Positions 51,854 through 63,121 of a stretch of DNA of 64,000 nucleotides are shown piece by piece. The stretch is from the sequence record NZ_CP110904.1; one strand, given 5' to 3'. This DNA comes from a plasmid. The notes below the pieces were generated by a model. That model ran no database searches. It saw only the letters and a program-made list of their open reading frames with translations, and was not told the DNA's origin. The first letter of the stretch is position 1; each line of letters starts with the position of its first letter. The position numbers were made by a program, and so were the translations under genes.

Positions 51854-51980
51854 TCCGTCGCCATGCTCACCTCGCTTTGGTGCACACGAGTATTGAGCAT
51901 AGTCGAGATTGGTGCAGATCACTTCTGATATTGAACTGTCAGGAGCTGGCTGCACAACAGCCATTACGCCCAATCAACTG

Positions 51981-52005
51981 GTGCAGTCGTCTTCTGAAAA
52001 TGACA
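51981..52005. repeat. integron IRt (outer end)
   Basis: GTGCAGTCGTCTTCTGAAAATGACA followed by the CATGG target duplication. Confidence 0.85.
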
Positions 52006-52036
52006 CATGGCATCTGACATCAAGTTAGGGTATGCC

Positions 52037-52249
52037 TCAATCTGACGGCTGCGAACCGCCAGGGACAGGCGCAATGTCAGATTCTGTCGCGGCCTTGGCG
52101 CGTGCCTGGAAGCGTTCATAGCAATCCAGCCCGCAGAAATGTTCGACGTATTCCGCGCCTTCCGGGGTGAAGGCGGCATCGAGCGGAATTTCTTTGCAGC
52201 ATACGCAGCAGGTGGTGCAACTGGCAGTGTTCGGGGCGTTTGCGTTCAT
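52037..52249 (-). CDS. mer-associated urf2 (conserved ORF downstream of merE; Cys-rich)
   Basis: 70 aa, [24 protein letters not shown]..., in the position of urf2 in Tn21/Tn1696-type mer operons. Confidence 0.55.
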   Translation of the reverse strand: MNANAPNTASCTTCCVCCKEIPLDAAFTPEGAEYVEHFCGLDCYERFQARAKAATESDIAPVPGGSQPSD

Positions 52250-52314
52250 GGTGGTACTCCTCCAGATTGGTAGCGAAGCTCAAAGCTGCCCACTCTCGGC
52301 TGGCTGGGAAGCGG

Positions 52315-52551
52315 TCATGATCTTCCCTTGAAGGCCCGCAGCAGCCGCGTCACAGACAGGACAAACAAGCCGGTCAGCGTGAGGGCTGCAATACCCCAGT
52401 GCTCCCCGATGAACGCGCCGGCCGTCGTGCCGGCTAGCACAATGGCGAGAATCGGCAAATGGCAGGGACAGGTGAGCACGGCCAGCGCGCCCCACAAGTA
52501 GCCGGTGATCGGTTTGTGCGTCTCAGACGGCAAGTGCTCTGGGCTGTTCAT
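52315..52551 (-). CDS. merE: MerE mercury transporter
   Basis: 78 aa, [35 protein letters not shown].... Confidence 0.9.
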
Positions 52552-52913
52552 GGCAGACTCTCCGCGTGCTGTGCCGGTTCGGTTGGCATGGCGGCCAGTT
52601 GCATTTCGAGGCTGGCCAGGGCCTCGCGCCGACGCTCGACGAGTTGCCGCAACACGGCAAGCTGCGCAGACGCACCGTCACCGTCCGCAGCATCCAGCGC
52701 CCGGCACAGCCGCGCCAGTGCGTCCAGGCCGATACCCGCTTCGAAGGCAGCCCGTACAAAGCGCAGCCGTTGCAACGCGGTGTCATCGAACAAGCCGTAG
52801 CCGCCCGTGGTGTACGCGACCGGCCGTAGCAATCCGCGCAGCAGGTAGTCGCGCACGATATGCACGCTCACCCCGGCATCAAGGGCCAGCCGGGACACTG
52901 TGTAGGCGCTCAT
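52548..52913 (-). CDS. merD: MerD co-regulator
   Basis: Starts [23 protein letters not shown]...; the ORF-track form carries an 11-aa spurious extension. Confidence 0.9.
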
Positions 52914-52930
52914 TGAACACCTCCTTTTCC

Positions 52931-55080
<2,150 letters not shown>

Positions 55081-55107
55081 GTGTCGCTCCCGAGTTCGGT
55101 TAACGGA

Positions 55108-55383
55108 TCAGCGTTTGAGGCTGGACGGATAGCCCGCGTCCTCGGTCGCCTTGGTCAACTTCTGGACGTTGGTCTTGGCATCGTCGAAGGTGACGACGGC
55201 CTGGCGCTTGTCGAAACTTACGTCGGTCTTGCTCACGCCCTCAACCTTGGAAAGCGCGTGCTTGACAGTGATCGGGCAAGAGGCGCAGGTCATGCCAGGC
55301 ACGGACAGCGTGACGGTCTGGGTGGCGGCCCACACGGGGGCAACAACGGCAGCGAGGGCGAGGGCGGCAAACAGTTTTTTCAT
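55108..55383 (-). CDS. merP: MerP periplasmic mercury-binding protein
   Basis: 91 aa with a signal peptide and GMTCASCP. Confidence 0.9.
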   Translation of the reverse strand: MKKLFAALALAAVVAPVWAATQTVTLSVPGMTCASCPITVKHALSKVEGVSKTDVSFDKRQAVVTFDDAKTNVQKLTKATEDAGYPSSLKR

Positions 55384-55398
55384 GATGAACTCCTGTGA

Positions 55399-55809
55399 TT
55401 AATAGAAAAATGGCATGACGTAGGGAAATCCGAGCGAGACCAGGACCAGCGCGGCCACGATCCAGAAAATGAGCTTGTAAGTAGCTCGCACTTGGGGAAT
55501 CGCGCAGACCTCACCCGGTTTGCAGGCTTGCGCCGGGCGGTAGATGCGCCGCCAGGCGAAAAACAGCGCGACCAGCGCTGCGCCGATGAAGATCGGGCGA
55601 TAGGGTTCCAGCACCGTCAGGTTGCCGATCCATGCCCCGCTGAACCCCAAGGCGATCAAAACCAGCGGCCCCAGGCAGCAGGCCGACGCAAGAATGGCGG
55701 CCAGCCCACCGGCGAAGAGCGCGCCGCGCCCGTTTTGTGGTTCAGACTTTTGTGGTTCAGACTTTTGTGGTTCAGACTTTTGTGGTTCAGACTTTTGTGG
55801 TTCAGACAT
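55399..55809 (-). CDS. merT: MerT mercury transporter with N-terminal 20-aa in-frame repeat expansion
   Basis: 136 aa against the canonical ~116: M-(SEPQK)x4-SEPQNGRGALFAGGLAAILASACCLGPLV.... Confidence 0.9.
   Translation of the reverse strand: MSEPQKSEPQKSEPQKSEPQKSEPQNGRGALFAGGLAAILASACCLGPLVLIALGFSGAWIGNLTVLEPYRPIFIGAALVALFFAWRRIYRPAQACKPGEVCAIPQVRATYKLIFWIVAALVLVSLGFPYVMPFFY
55732..55806. repeat. tandem repeat 15 bp x 5 (CTTTTGTGGTTCAGA on the plus strand) at the 5' end of merT
   Basis: Units at 55732-46 (first base G), 55747-61, 55762-76, 55777-91 and 55792-806, directly followed by the merT start codon (CAT at 55807-55809). Confidence 0.9.
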
Positions 55810-55880
55810 ACGCTTGTCCTTTCAAATTTGGTTTGGATAGCTTAAGCTTACTTCCGTAGTTATGTACGGAGTCAAGCGAT

Positions 55881-56336
55881 ATGCAAATTAATTTTGAGAA
55901 TCTGACCATTGGCGTTTTTGCCAAGGCGGCCGGGGTCAATGTGGAGACCATCCGGTTCTACCAGCGCAAGGGCCTGCTGCCGGAGCCAGACAAGCCCTAT
56001 GGCAGCATTCGCCGCTATGGCGAGGCGGATGTAACACGAGTGCGGTTCGTGAAATCGGCCCAGCGGCTGGGCTTTAGCCTGGACGAAATCGCCGAGCTAC
56101 TGCGGCTGGAGGATGGCACCCATTGCGAGGAAGCCAGCGGCCTGGCCGAGCACAAGCTCAAGGATGTGCGCGAGAAGATGGCCGACTTGGCACGCATGGA
56201 GGCCGTGCTGTCTGAACTGGTGTGCGCCTGCCATGCGCGGAAAGGGAACGTTTCCTGCCCGCTGATTGCGTCACTGCAAGACGGAACGAAGCTCGCTGCA
56301 TCGGCGCGGGGGAGTCACGGGGTGACTACGCCTTAG
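55881..56336 (+). CDS. merR: MerR Hg(II)-responsive regulator (C-terminus differs from the Tn21 form and terminates inside the IR)
   Basis: …[26 protein letters not shown]…[19 protein letters not shown], then [18 protein letters not shown]. The stop TAG is part of the IR at 56332. Confidence 0.85.
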   Translation: MQINFENLTIGVFAKAAGVNVETIRFYQRKGLLPEPDKPYGSIRRYGEADVTRVRFVKSAQRLGFSLDEIAELLRLEDGTHCEEASGLAEHKLKDVREKMADLARMEAVLSELVCACHARKGNVSCPLIASLQDGTKLAASARGSHGVTTP

Positions 56337-56369
56337 CGTGCTTTATTTTCCGAATTCTGAGACGACCCC
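56332..56369. repeat. 38-bp mer-end IR (reverse complement GGGGTCGTCTCAGAATTCGGAAAATAAAGCACGCTAAG)
   Basis: Differs from the tnp-end IR at two positions (AA to TT), creating GAATTC. Confidence 0.85.
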
Positions 56370-56840
56370 TTGCTGAAAAGCTCGCGCCCATCAGGGTTGG
56401 CACAGGCGATCATGGAAGTGGGGCGCGTCAACAAGACGCTGTACCTTCTAAATTATATTGATGATGAAGATTATCGTCGGCGGATCCTGACGCAGCTAAA
56501 CCGGGGAGAAGGCCGCCATGCTGTGGCGAGGGCGATCTGCTACGGGCAGCGCGGTGAGATCAGAAAGCGCTATCGTGAAGGTCAGGAAGATCAACTGGGT
56601 GCACTGGGCCTCGTCACTAACGCAGTGGTACTGTGGAACACACTTTATATGCAGGAAGCCCTGAGCTGGATGCGCAGGAATGGAGAAGAAACCGGGGGTG
56701 AAGATATCGTCCGGTTATCCCCACTGATGCACGGGCATATCAATATGCTGGGGCATTATACGTTCACGCTACCGGAGGATATTTTGAAGGGGGAACTGAG
56801 AGAATTAAATTTTAATTTAAACAATGAATTACCTTCTTAG
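56370..56840 (+). pseudogene. tnpA: 3' fragment of a Tn3-family (Tn1000/gamma-delta-like) tnpA
   Basis: …LYLLNYIDDEDYRRRILTQLNRGEGRHAVARAI…LSPLMHGHINMLGHYTF… is homologous to Tn3-family TnpA C-termini. It begins directly after the mer-end IR. Confidence 0.6.
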
Positions 56841-56873
56841 CGTACGTTTTCGTTCCATTGGCCCTCAAACCCC
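56836..56873. repeat. 38-bp Tn3-family IR (reverse complement GGGGTTTGAGGGCCAATGGAACGAAAACGTACGCTAAG; Tn1000-like)
   Basis: Overlaps the stop of the tnpA fragment as in Tn3-family elements. Resembles the gamma-delta IR from memory; not verified. Confidence 0.6.
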
Positions 56874-56911
56874 TTTATGAAGTAAGAGATACAAAACGAG
56901 GCGGAAGAGAG

Positions 56912-57364
56912 TTAATGACTAGTATCAGGTTTGATCGCTGAAGCATATTTATAGTGGATATCCATAGCATGTCTAAATGCCGAAGACTCATTTACTAATC
57001 TTTTTTTATCAGAAGTTTCATTCTGTACAGATTTCACACGGCAATTCAGTTCGCCATTTTCATCAATAAACAGACTTTCCAAAAAATCAACAATAAACTG
57101 ATGTGAGTCTTCATTAAGGCTATTTACAACCTTACCAGTCTCATCAAATCGTGAGTCCCAAACAGGTTCTACATTGTAGGCATCTATAAATTCTTGAGAT
57201 GCTGTGACACACTGTCCGCCCTGATACTGCTGACTGGAGACATTAACAACGCGATTTACGTTGCCAAATGCTTTCTCTCTGGCCTGTACCTCAGTAGCGC
57301 CAACTCCGCATAGCTGGATAGTAATACTGTCATTTGTCGAATTAACATGGATAATCGCTTTCAA
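56912..57364 (-). CDS. hypothetical protein
   Basis: 150-aa AT-rich ORF downstream of the paralog fragment. Confidence 0.4.
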   Translation of the reverse strand: MKAIIHVNSTNDSITIQLCGVGATEVQAREKAFGNVNRVVNVSSQQYQGGQCVTASQEFIDAYNVEPVWDSRFDETGKVVNSLNEDSHQFIVDFLESLFIDENGELNCRVKSVQNETSDKKRLVNESSAFRHAMDIHYKYASAIKPDTSH

Positions 57365-57401
57365 TTCTAAAACCCTCTGTTTTATCTATTTCAGCCATAG
57401 A

Positions 57402-57665
57402 CTAAATGCGTTGACTACTAATGATATATTGCGCGAGTTTGATGTTGAGACATACCATGTTGCTTGAAAGTTCCGGCATCATGCGGGATTCACTACGAAT
57501 TAAATAGGGTTCCAGCCCCCCAGAATATGCCCCAGATGTTACAACGGTCAACTGGGCAATGGGATTATTTAGTTTACCTACTCCTGCCAGGATATCGTCC
57601 TCAACCGCAGCGATATAAACTGGGGAGGCAGCGATCACGTAATCATCAGTAGGCCTGGCTTCCAT
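57402..57665 (-). pseudogene. C-terminal fragment of a homolog of the 8187-8840 protein, truncated by a Tn1721-type IR
   Basis: 87 aa, …DYVIAASPVYIAAVEDDILAGVGKL…LTVVTSGAYSGGL…MMPELSSNMVCLNIKLAQ…. The upstream part is missing beyond the IR at 57668. Confidence 0.5.
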
Positions 57666-57667
57666 TA

Positions 57668-57705
57668 AGGGGAGCCCGCAGAATTCGGAAAAAATCGTAC
57701 GCTAA
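57668..57705. repeat. 38-bp Tn501/Tn1721-type IR GGGGAGCCCGCAGAATTCGGAAAAAATCGTACGCTAAG
   Basis: Exact match to the Tn1721-type IR as recalled. The tnpA stop lies within it. Confidence 0.8.
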
Positions 57706-58469
57706 GGTTTTCCGGGCATCCGTAAGGGCCGAAACTTCCCGTCTTCCAGTCTGCGGCTCTGCCGCCAGACGTAATCGCCGGTTAGGTTGATGTGCTCCCA
57801 GCCCAGCGGCGACAGGAATTGCAGCAGCTCGCCGTCCACCGGCTTGCCGGCCTCGACCAACCCCTGGGTGGCGCGTTCCAGGTACACCGTGTTCCACAGC
57901 ACGATAGCCGCCGTCACCAGGTTGAGGCCGCTGGCCCGGTAGCGCTGCTGCTCGAAGCTCCGATCCCTGATTTCCCCAAGGCGGTTGAAGAACACCGCCC
58001 TGGCCAGCGAGTTGCGCGCCTCACCTTTGTTCAGGCCGGCATGCACGCGGCGGCGCAGTTCAACACTTTGCAGCCAGTCCAGGATGAACAGCGTGCGCTC
58101 GATCCGGCCCAGCTCGCGCAGGGCCACGGCCAGTCCGTTCTGGCGCGGGTAGCTGCCGAGCTTGCGCAGCATCAGCGAGGCGGTGACGGTGCCCTGCTTG
58201 ATCGAGCTGGCCAGGCGCAGGATGTCGTCCCAGTGGGCACGCACGTGCTTGATGTTCAGGGTGCCGCCGATCAGCGGGCGCAACGTCGGGTAGGCTTGCA
58301 CGCCCTGCGGCACGTACAGCTTGGTTTCGCCGAGGTCGCGGATGCGCGGCGCGAAGCGGAAGCCTAGCAGGTGCATCAGGGCAAAGACGTGATCGGTGAA
58401 GCCGGCCGTGTCGGTGTAGTGCTCCTCGATCCGCAGGTCGGACTCGTGGTACAGCAGGCCGTCGAGCAC
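57702..58469 (-). pseudogene. tnpA: 3' fragment (255 codons) of a Tn1721/Tn501-like tnpA, cut by the Tn5393 IR
   Basis: Homologous to the C-terminus of the complete TnpA at 40749-43721 (…[27 protein letters not shown]…[10 protein letters not shown]). Confidence 0.8.
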
Positions 58470-58472
58470 ATA

Positions 58473-58553
58473 GGGGTCGTTTGCGGGAGAGGGCGAAATC
58501 CTACGCTAAGGCTTTGGCCAACGATATTCTCCGGTAAGATTGATGTGTTCCCA
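58473..58553. repeat. 81-bp Tn5393 terminal inverted repeat (strB-proximal end)
   Basis: GGGGTCGTTTGCGGGAGAGGGCGAAATCCTACGCTAAGGCTTTGGCC…GGGGATAGGAG. Confidence 0.85.
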
Positions 58554-58578
58554 GGGGATAGGAGAAGTCGCTTGATAT

Positions 58579-59415
58579 CTAGTATGACGTCTGTCGCACC
58601 TGCTTGATCGCGGCCGCGATAGCTAGATCGCGTTGCTCCTCTTCTCCATCCGCGTTCCAAGCTGCGGAAAGGCACCCATAAGCGTACGCCTGGTCGAGCA
58701 GGCGACGCGGATCGACGTCCAGCGCACGAGAGAATGCGTCCGCCATCTGTGCAATGCGTCTAGGATCGAGACAAAGGTCGTCTCTGTCAGCCGGATCGTA
58801 GAACATATTGGCGGCGCCAAAGCCCACTTCACCGACCAGACCGACGGGATCTATCACCAGCCAGCCGCGACTGGAGAACATGATGTTTTCATGATGCAGA
58901 TCGCCATGTAGCCCACGCAGTTCCGAGGCATTGCTCATCATTTGATCGGCTATAATCGCCGCGTGGACGTAGTCAGTTTGACAACCTGCGTTTTGATCAT
59001 CGCGCGCCCGCTGAAACAAAGCTGCAAAGCGATCCCGGATCGGGAGAAGGGCAGAAGGCAGGGGTTCCTCAGATGCGGCATACAGCTTCGCCATTAGTTC
59101 CGCTGCAATTTCGGTCGCCTGGTAGTCGCCGTGCTCGGCAACGATGTGAGAGAGCATTCGCTCCCCGGCATATTCGAGCAACATCAGATTGTTCTCACGA
59201 CCGAGCAACCGGACTGCTCCCCTCCCATTGCGCCATACCAGATAGTCGGCCCCGCGCAGTTCATCAGCAATGTCTTCTATAGGTTTCAATCCCTTGACGA
59301 TTGCAGGAGTCCCGTCTGGCAATGAAACTTTCCAAACGAGGCTGGAAAAGGTGTCCGCAATGAGAACAGGTTGCGAAACGTGCCAATGAGCAGGAAAAAC
59401 AGGCGGCATGAACAT
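58579..59415 (-). CDS. strB: aminoglycoside 6-phosphotransferase StrB (APH(6)-Id)
   Basis: 278 aa from MFMPPVFPAHWHVSQPVLIADTFSSLVWKV.... Confidence 0.95.
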   Translation of the reverse strand: MFMPPVFPAHWHVSQPVLIADTFSSLVWKVSLPDGTPAIVKGLKPIEDIADELRGADYLVWRNGRGAVRLLGRENNLMLLEYAGERMLSHIVAEHGDYQATEIAAELMAKLYAASEEPLPSALLPIRDRFAALFQRARDDQNAGCQTDYVHAAIIADQMMSNASELRGLHGDLHHENIMFSSRGWLVIDPVGLVGEVGFGAANMFYDPADRDDLCLDPRRIAQMADAFSRALDVDPRRLLDQAYAYGCLSAAWNADGEEEQRDLAIAAAIKQVRQTSY

Positions 59416-60218
59416 CAACCCCAAGTCAGAGGGTCCAATCGCAGATAGAAGGCAAGGCGTTCGCGGTCGGGGGCTTCGATCCCCAATACATTGAATAGGA
59501 CAGCGAAGGCGCGCTCTGCTTCATCTGGCGCTGCCCAGTTCTCTTCGGCGTTAGCAATCATGAGTGCCAAATCGGCATAGCGATCTGCTGTTCCGAGCCG
59601 CCCAAGGTCGATCAGACCCGTGCATTGAAGAGTTTTAGGGTCCACCATGAAGTTCGGCATGCAGGGATCACCATGGCAAACAACCATATCGGTGCGCTCT
59701 TGGTCGAGCCGCACCGGTAGCTCTCGTTCGACACGAGCCAAAAGATCGAGCTGCGGCGTACTCTTGTCCTCGTCCGGTAAGAAGTCGGGATTGACGGCAT
59801 TGCGGGACACCACATCAACGGCGCGTCCGAACATTCGCGACAGCCTGCGCTCAAACGGACATTGATCAACCGATAGGCTGTGAACAGCGCCAAGTTGCTG
59901 CCCCATTGACGGCCACGCTTTGAGCAAATCCGCTCCAGACAGATCAGCCGCCGGTACTCCCGGAATTGCCGTTATCACCAAGCATGCACCCTCCTGTTCC
60001 TCCTGCCAGTTGATGACCTCGGGGCAAGCCACACCTCGACCTTTGAGCCAAATGAGGCGGTCACGCTCTCCAGCGAGCTCACCGCGGCGGGAAGCAGGTG
60101 CGATTTTCGCGAAGGCATGCCCGTCACCACGTCGAAAAACAAAATCACCAGATTCTCCGCCTCTGACAGGCAACCAGTCAGAATGCGATTCACCAAAAAA
60201 AATATTAGTTCGATTCAA
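59415..60218 (-). CDS. strA: aminoglycoside 3''-phosphotransferase StrA (APH(3'')-Ib), TTG start
   Basis: (L/M)NRTNIFFGESHSDWLPVRGGESGDFVFRRGDGHAF...; the stop overlaps the strB start. Confidence 0.95.
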   Translation of the reverse strand: MNRTNIFFGESHSDWLPVRGGESGDFVFRRGDGHAFAKIAPASRRGELAGERDRLIWLKGRGVACPEVINWQEEQEGACLVITAIPGVPAADLSGADLLKAWPSMGQQLGAVHSLSVDQCPFERRLSRMFGRAVDVVSRNAVNPDFLPDEDKSTPQLDLLARVERELPVRLDQERTDMVVCHGDPCMPNFMVDPKTLQCTGLIDLGRLGTADRYADLALMIANAEENWAAPDEAERAFAVLFNVLGIEAPDRERLAFYLRLDPLTWG

Positions 60219-60488
60219 TGGAGGTTCCTTCAGTTTTCTGATGAAGCGCGGAGGTGGCTCAACCTGCGAAAAGAAACGAGTTGCTATGGACTTGCACCGG
60301 TTGTGTTCCGGTCTATCTCTCATTTTAAGCGGCTTTTTTCTCAAATGCCACCGGCGATTTCCAGCCGAGTGTTGAATGTCTTCGGCGTGGATTATAAAAG
60401 CCATTTACCCATATAATGCGCCTACTTATCAGCCTTTGGGACGTTGGGACGGTATTTTTCACTATATACCCCCAAGTTTTTAGACATG

Positions 60489-60521
60489 AAAAAAGCTCGA
60501 TATATTATAAATATATCGAGC
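60489..60521 (-). terminator. rho-independent terminator (11-bp stem GCTCGATATAT, 5-nt loop, T6 on the minus strand)
   Basis: Perfect palindrome GCTCGATATAT-TATAA-ATATATCGAGC with an A6 run on the plus-strand side, 110 bp downstream of the MBL-fold gene stop. Confidence 0.55.
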
Positions 60522-60631
60522 CTTTAAGTTACTGTTTTTCAATATCGTTCAAAATCTTGATAATTACAGTATACGGTTTTATGAAGTGGTATATTTGCAA
60601 ATGCTTATTTTGCAAGGTCTATTTGCTTGAT

Positions 60632-61279
60632 TTATCCTACAATCGTAATGCAAAACCCATGACCGGAAGCAACGAACTTAGGTTCAATCTCACTCAAATC
60701 CGAGGATAGCTTTTGTCCGGATTCTTGATTGGGCAATGTATCTGCGCCGCTTGATTTTACCGCTGCGTCCCAACTGCTTTCGATAACTTGTCCGTGATTC
60801 TCACCCATGCCGAACATGAGGTCGCTGCTAAAGAAAATACCACGTTTCTTTTCAAAAAATAAAAGTCCTTCCCACATATGCATTTCAGATGGGTAACTGA
60901 TAGTTTGAAATTCAAAATCATCTCCGGCAAATATTTCATTCGGCTTTTTAATAAGCACATTGTTAGTAATACCAAACCCCATCAGTTGTCTTGCTGTGGT
61001 TTCGGAACAAACCGCGACAGCTTCGGGATGTTCTTTGAGAACCAAAGCAAGTCCGCCACATTCGTCTGATTCAAAATGAGAAATTAGAATGTATTTTATT
61101 TTGCGTTCACCGAGCAACTCTTGCAACTTAGGAATGGTAGTTTGCGCTTGTGATACGGCTCCGGTCTGAATGAGAACAGGCTCATTTGTCATCAATAAGT
61201 ATTGGTGCATTGAAAGCTTAATCGGCTCCATTACCTCTGTAAATTGGTATAAATCTTTGATAATCTCTGTCATTGTCAA
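60632..61279 (-). CDS. metallo-beta-lactamase-fold protein (degenerate HxExDExGG motif)
   Basis: 215 aa, …KYILISHFESDECGGLALV…; AT-rich (~36% GC) and of different composition from both flanks. Confidence 0.55.
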   Translation of the reverse strand: MTMTEIIKDLYQFTEVMEPIKLSMHQYLLMTNEPVLIQTGAVSQAQTTIPKLQELLGERKIKYILISHFESDECGGLALVLKEHPEAVAVCSETTARQLMGFGITNNVLIKKPNEIFAGDDFEFQTISYPSEMHMWEGLLFFEKKRGIFFSSDLMFGMGENHGQVIESSWDAAVKSSGADTLPNQESGQKLSSDLSEIEPKFVASGHGFCITIVG

Positions 61280-61485
61280 AACGCCTTTTTCTATTTATAG
61301 TCTAACCTAAATTCCACGTGTGTTTTTTATTAGCTTCAAAAATCACTATTTCACGAAGAATTTAGACTGCTTCTCACACATTGTAACATTATTTACAACC
61401 ACCTTTCAATCATTTTTGATAAATCATTGATTTCATCTTTGCTGCAATGATACTTAATAAACTCTGCAAGGGTAATGACTCCAAC

Positions 61486-61989
61486 TTATTGATAGTGTTT
61501 TATGTTCAGATAATGCCCGATGACTTTGTCATGCAGCTCCACCGATTTTGAGAACGACAGCGACTTCCGTCCCAGCCGTGCCAGGTGCTGCCTCAGATTC
61601 AGGTTATGCCGCTCAATTCGCTGCGTATATCGCTTGCTGATTACGTGCAGCTTTCCCTTCAGGCGGGATTCATACAGCGGCCAGCCATCCGTCATCCATA
61701 TCACCACGTCAAAGGGTGACAGCAGGCTCATAAGACGCCCCAGCGTCGCCATAGTGCGTTCACCGAATACGTGCGCAACAACCGTCTTCCGGAGCCTGTC
61801 ATACGCGTAAAACAGCCAGCGCTGGCGCGATTTAGCCCCGACGTATCCCCACTGTTCGTCCATTTCCGCGCAGACGATGACGTCACTGCCCGGCTGTATG
61901 CGCGAGGTTACCGACTGCGGCCTGAGTTTTTTAAATGGCGGAAAATCGTGTTGAGGCCAACGCCCATAATGCGGGCGGTTGCCCGGCAT
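61486..61989 (-). CDS. insB: IS1 InsB
   Basis: Identical sequence. Confidence 0.9.
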   Translation of the reverse strand: MPGNRPHYGRWPQHDFPPFKKLRPQSVTSRIQPGSDVIVCAEMDEQWGYVGAKSRQRWLFYAYDRLRKTVVAHVFGERTMATLGRLMSLLSPFDVVIWMTDGWPLYESRLKGKLHVISKRYTQRIERHNLNLRQHLARLGRKSLSFSKSVELHDKVIGHYLNIKHYQ

Positions 61990-62183
61990 CCAACGCCATT
62001 CATGGCCATATCAATGATTTTCTGGTGCGTACCGGGTTGAGAAGCGGTGTAAGTGAACTGCAGTTGCCATGTTTTACGGCAGTGAGAGCAGAGATAGCGC
62101 TGATGTCCGGCGGTGCTTTTGCCGTTACGCACCACCCCGTCAGTAGCTGAACAGGAGGGACAGCTGATAGAAACAGAAGCCAC
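61908..62183 (-). CDS. insA: IS1 InsA
   Basis: Identical sequence. Confidence 0.9.
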   Translation of the reverse strand: MASVSISCPSCSATDGVVRNGKSTAGHQRYLCSHCRKTWQLQFTYTASQPGTHQKIIDMAMNGVGCRATARIMGVGLNTIFRHLKNSGRSR

Positions 62184-62461
62184 TGGAGCACCTCAAAAAC
62201 ACCATCATACACTAAATCAGTAAGTTGGCAGCATCACCCGACGCACTTTGCGCCGAATAAATACCTGTGACGGAAGATCACTTCGCAGAATAAATAAATC
62301 CTGGTGTCCCTGTTGATACCGGGAAGCCCTGGGCCAACTTTTGGCGAAAATGAGACGTTGATCGGCACGTAAGAGGTTCCAACTTTCACCATAATGAAAT
62401 AAGATCACTACCGGGCGTATTTTTTGAGTTATCGAGATTTTCAGGAGCTAAGGAAGCTAAA

Positions 62462-63121
62462 ATGGAGAAAAAAATCACTGGATATACCACCGTTGATATA
62501 TCCCAATGGCATCGTAAAGAACATTTTGAGGCATTTCAGTCAGTTGCTCAATGTACCTATAACCAGACCGTTCAGCTGGATATTACGGCCTTTTTAAAGA
62601 CCGTAAAGAAAAATAAGCACAAGTTTTATCCGGCCTTTATTCACATTCTTGCCCGCCTGATGAATGCTCATCCGGAATTCCGTATGGCAATGAAAGACGG
62701 TGAGCTGGTGATATGGGATAGTGTTCACCCTTGTTACACCGTTTTCCATGAGCAAACTGAAACGTTTTCATCGCTCTGGAGTGAATACCACGACGATTTC
62801 CGGCAGTTTCTACACATATATTCGCAAGATGTGGCGTGTTACGGTGAAAACCTGGCCTATTTCCCTAAAGGGTTTATTGAGAATATGTTTTTCGTCTCAG
62901 CCAATCCCTGGGTGAGTTTCACCAGTTTTGATTTAAACGTGGCCAATATGGACAACTTCTTCGCCCCCGTTTTCACCATGGGCAAATATTATACGCAAGG
63001 CGACAAGGTGCTGATGCCGCTGGCGATTCAGGTTCATCATGCCGTTTGTGATGGCTTCCATGTCGGCAGAATGCTTAATGAATTACAACAGTACTGCGAT
63101 GAGTGGCAGGGCGGGGCGTAA
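62462..63121 (+). CDS. catA1: type A-1 chloramphenicol acetyltransferase (Tn9 cat)
   Basis: 219 aa, [46 protein letters not shown]..., with the classical Tn9/pACYC184 upstream region. Confidence 0.95.

Larger units (their letters stand above)
44385..52005. mobile_element. class 1 integron (In4-like; IRi to IRt) inserted in the transposon res region
   Basis: IRi TGTCGTTTTCAGAAGACGGCTGCAC at 44385-44409 and inverted IRt at 51981-52005, flanked by 5-bp direct repeats CATGG (44380-44384 and 52006-52010). Confidence 0.9.
61471..62238 (-). mobile_element. IS1 (complete, 768 bp)
   Basis: Same ends as the copy at 11052, with insA at 61908-62183 and insB at 61486-61989. Confidence 0.95.

Noticed and set aside
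55732-55806. Tandem 15-bp repeat array considered as a possible CRISPR or minisatellite
   Set aside because: Units are contiguous with no spacers, lie in frame within merT and duplicate its own first codons. It is a coding tandem duplication, not a CRISPR array.
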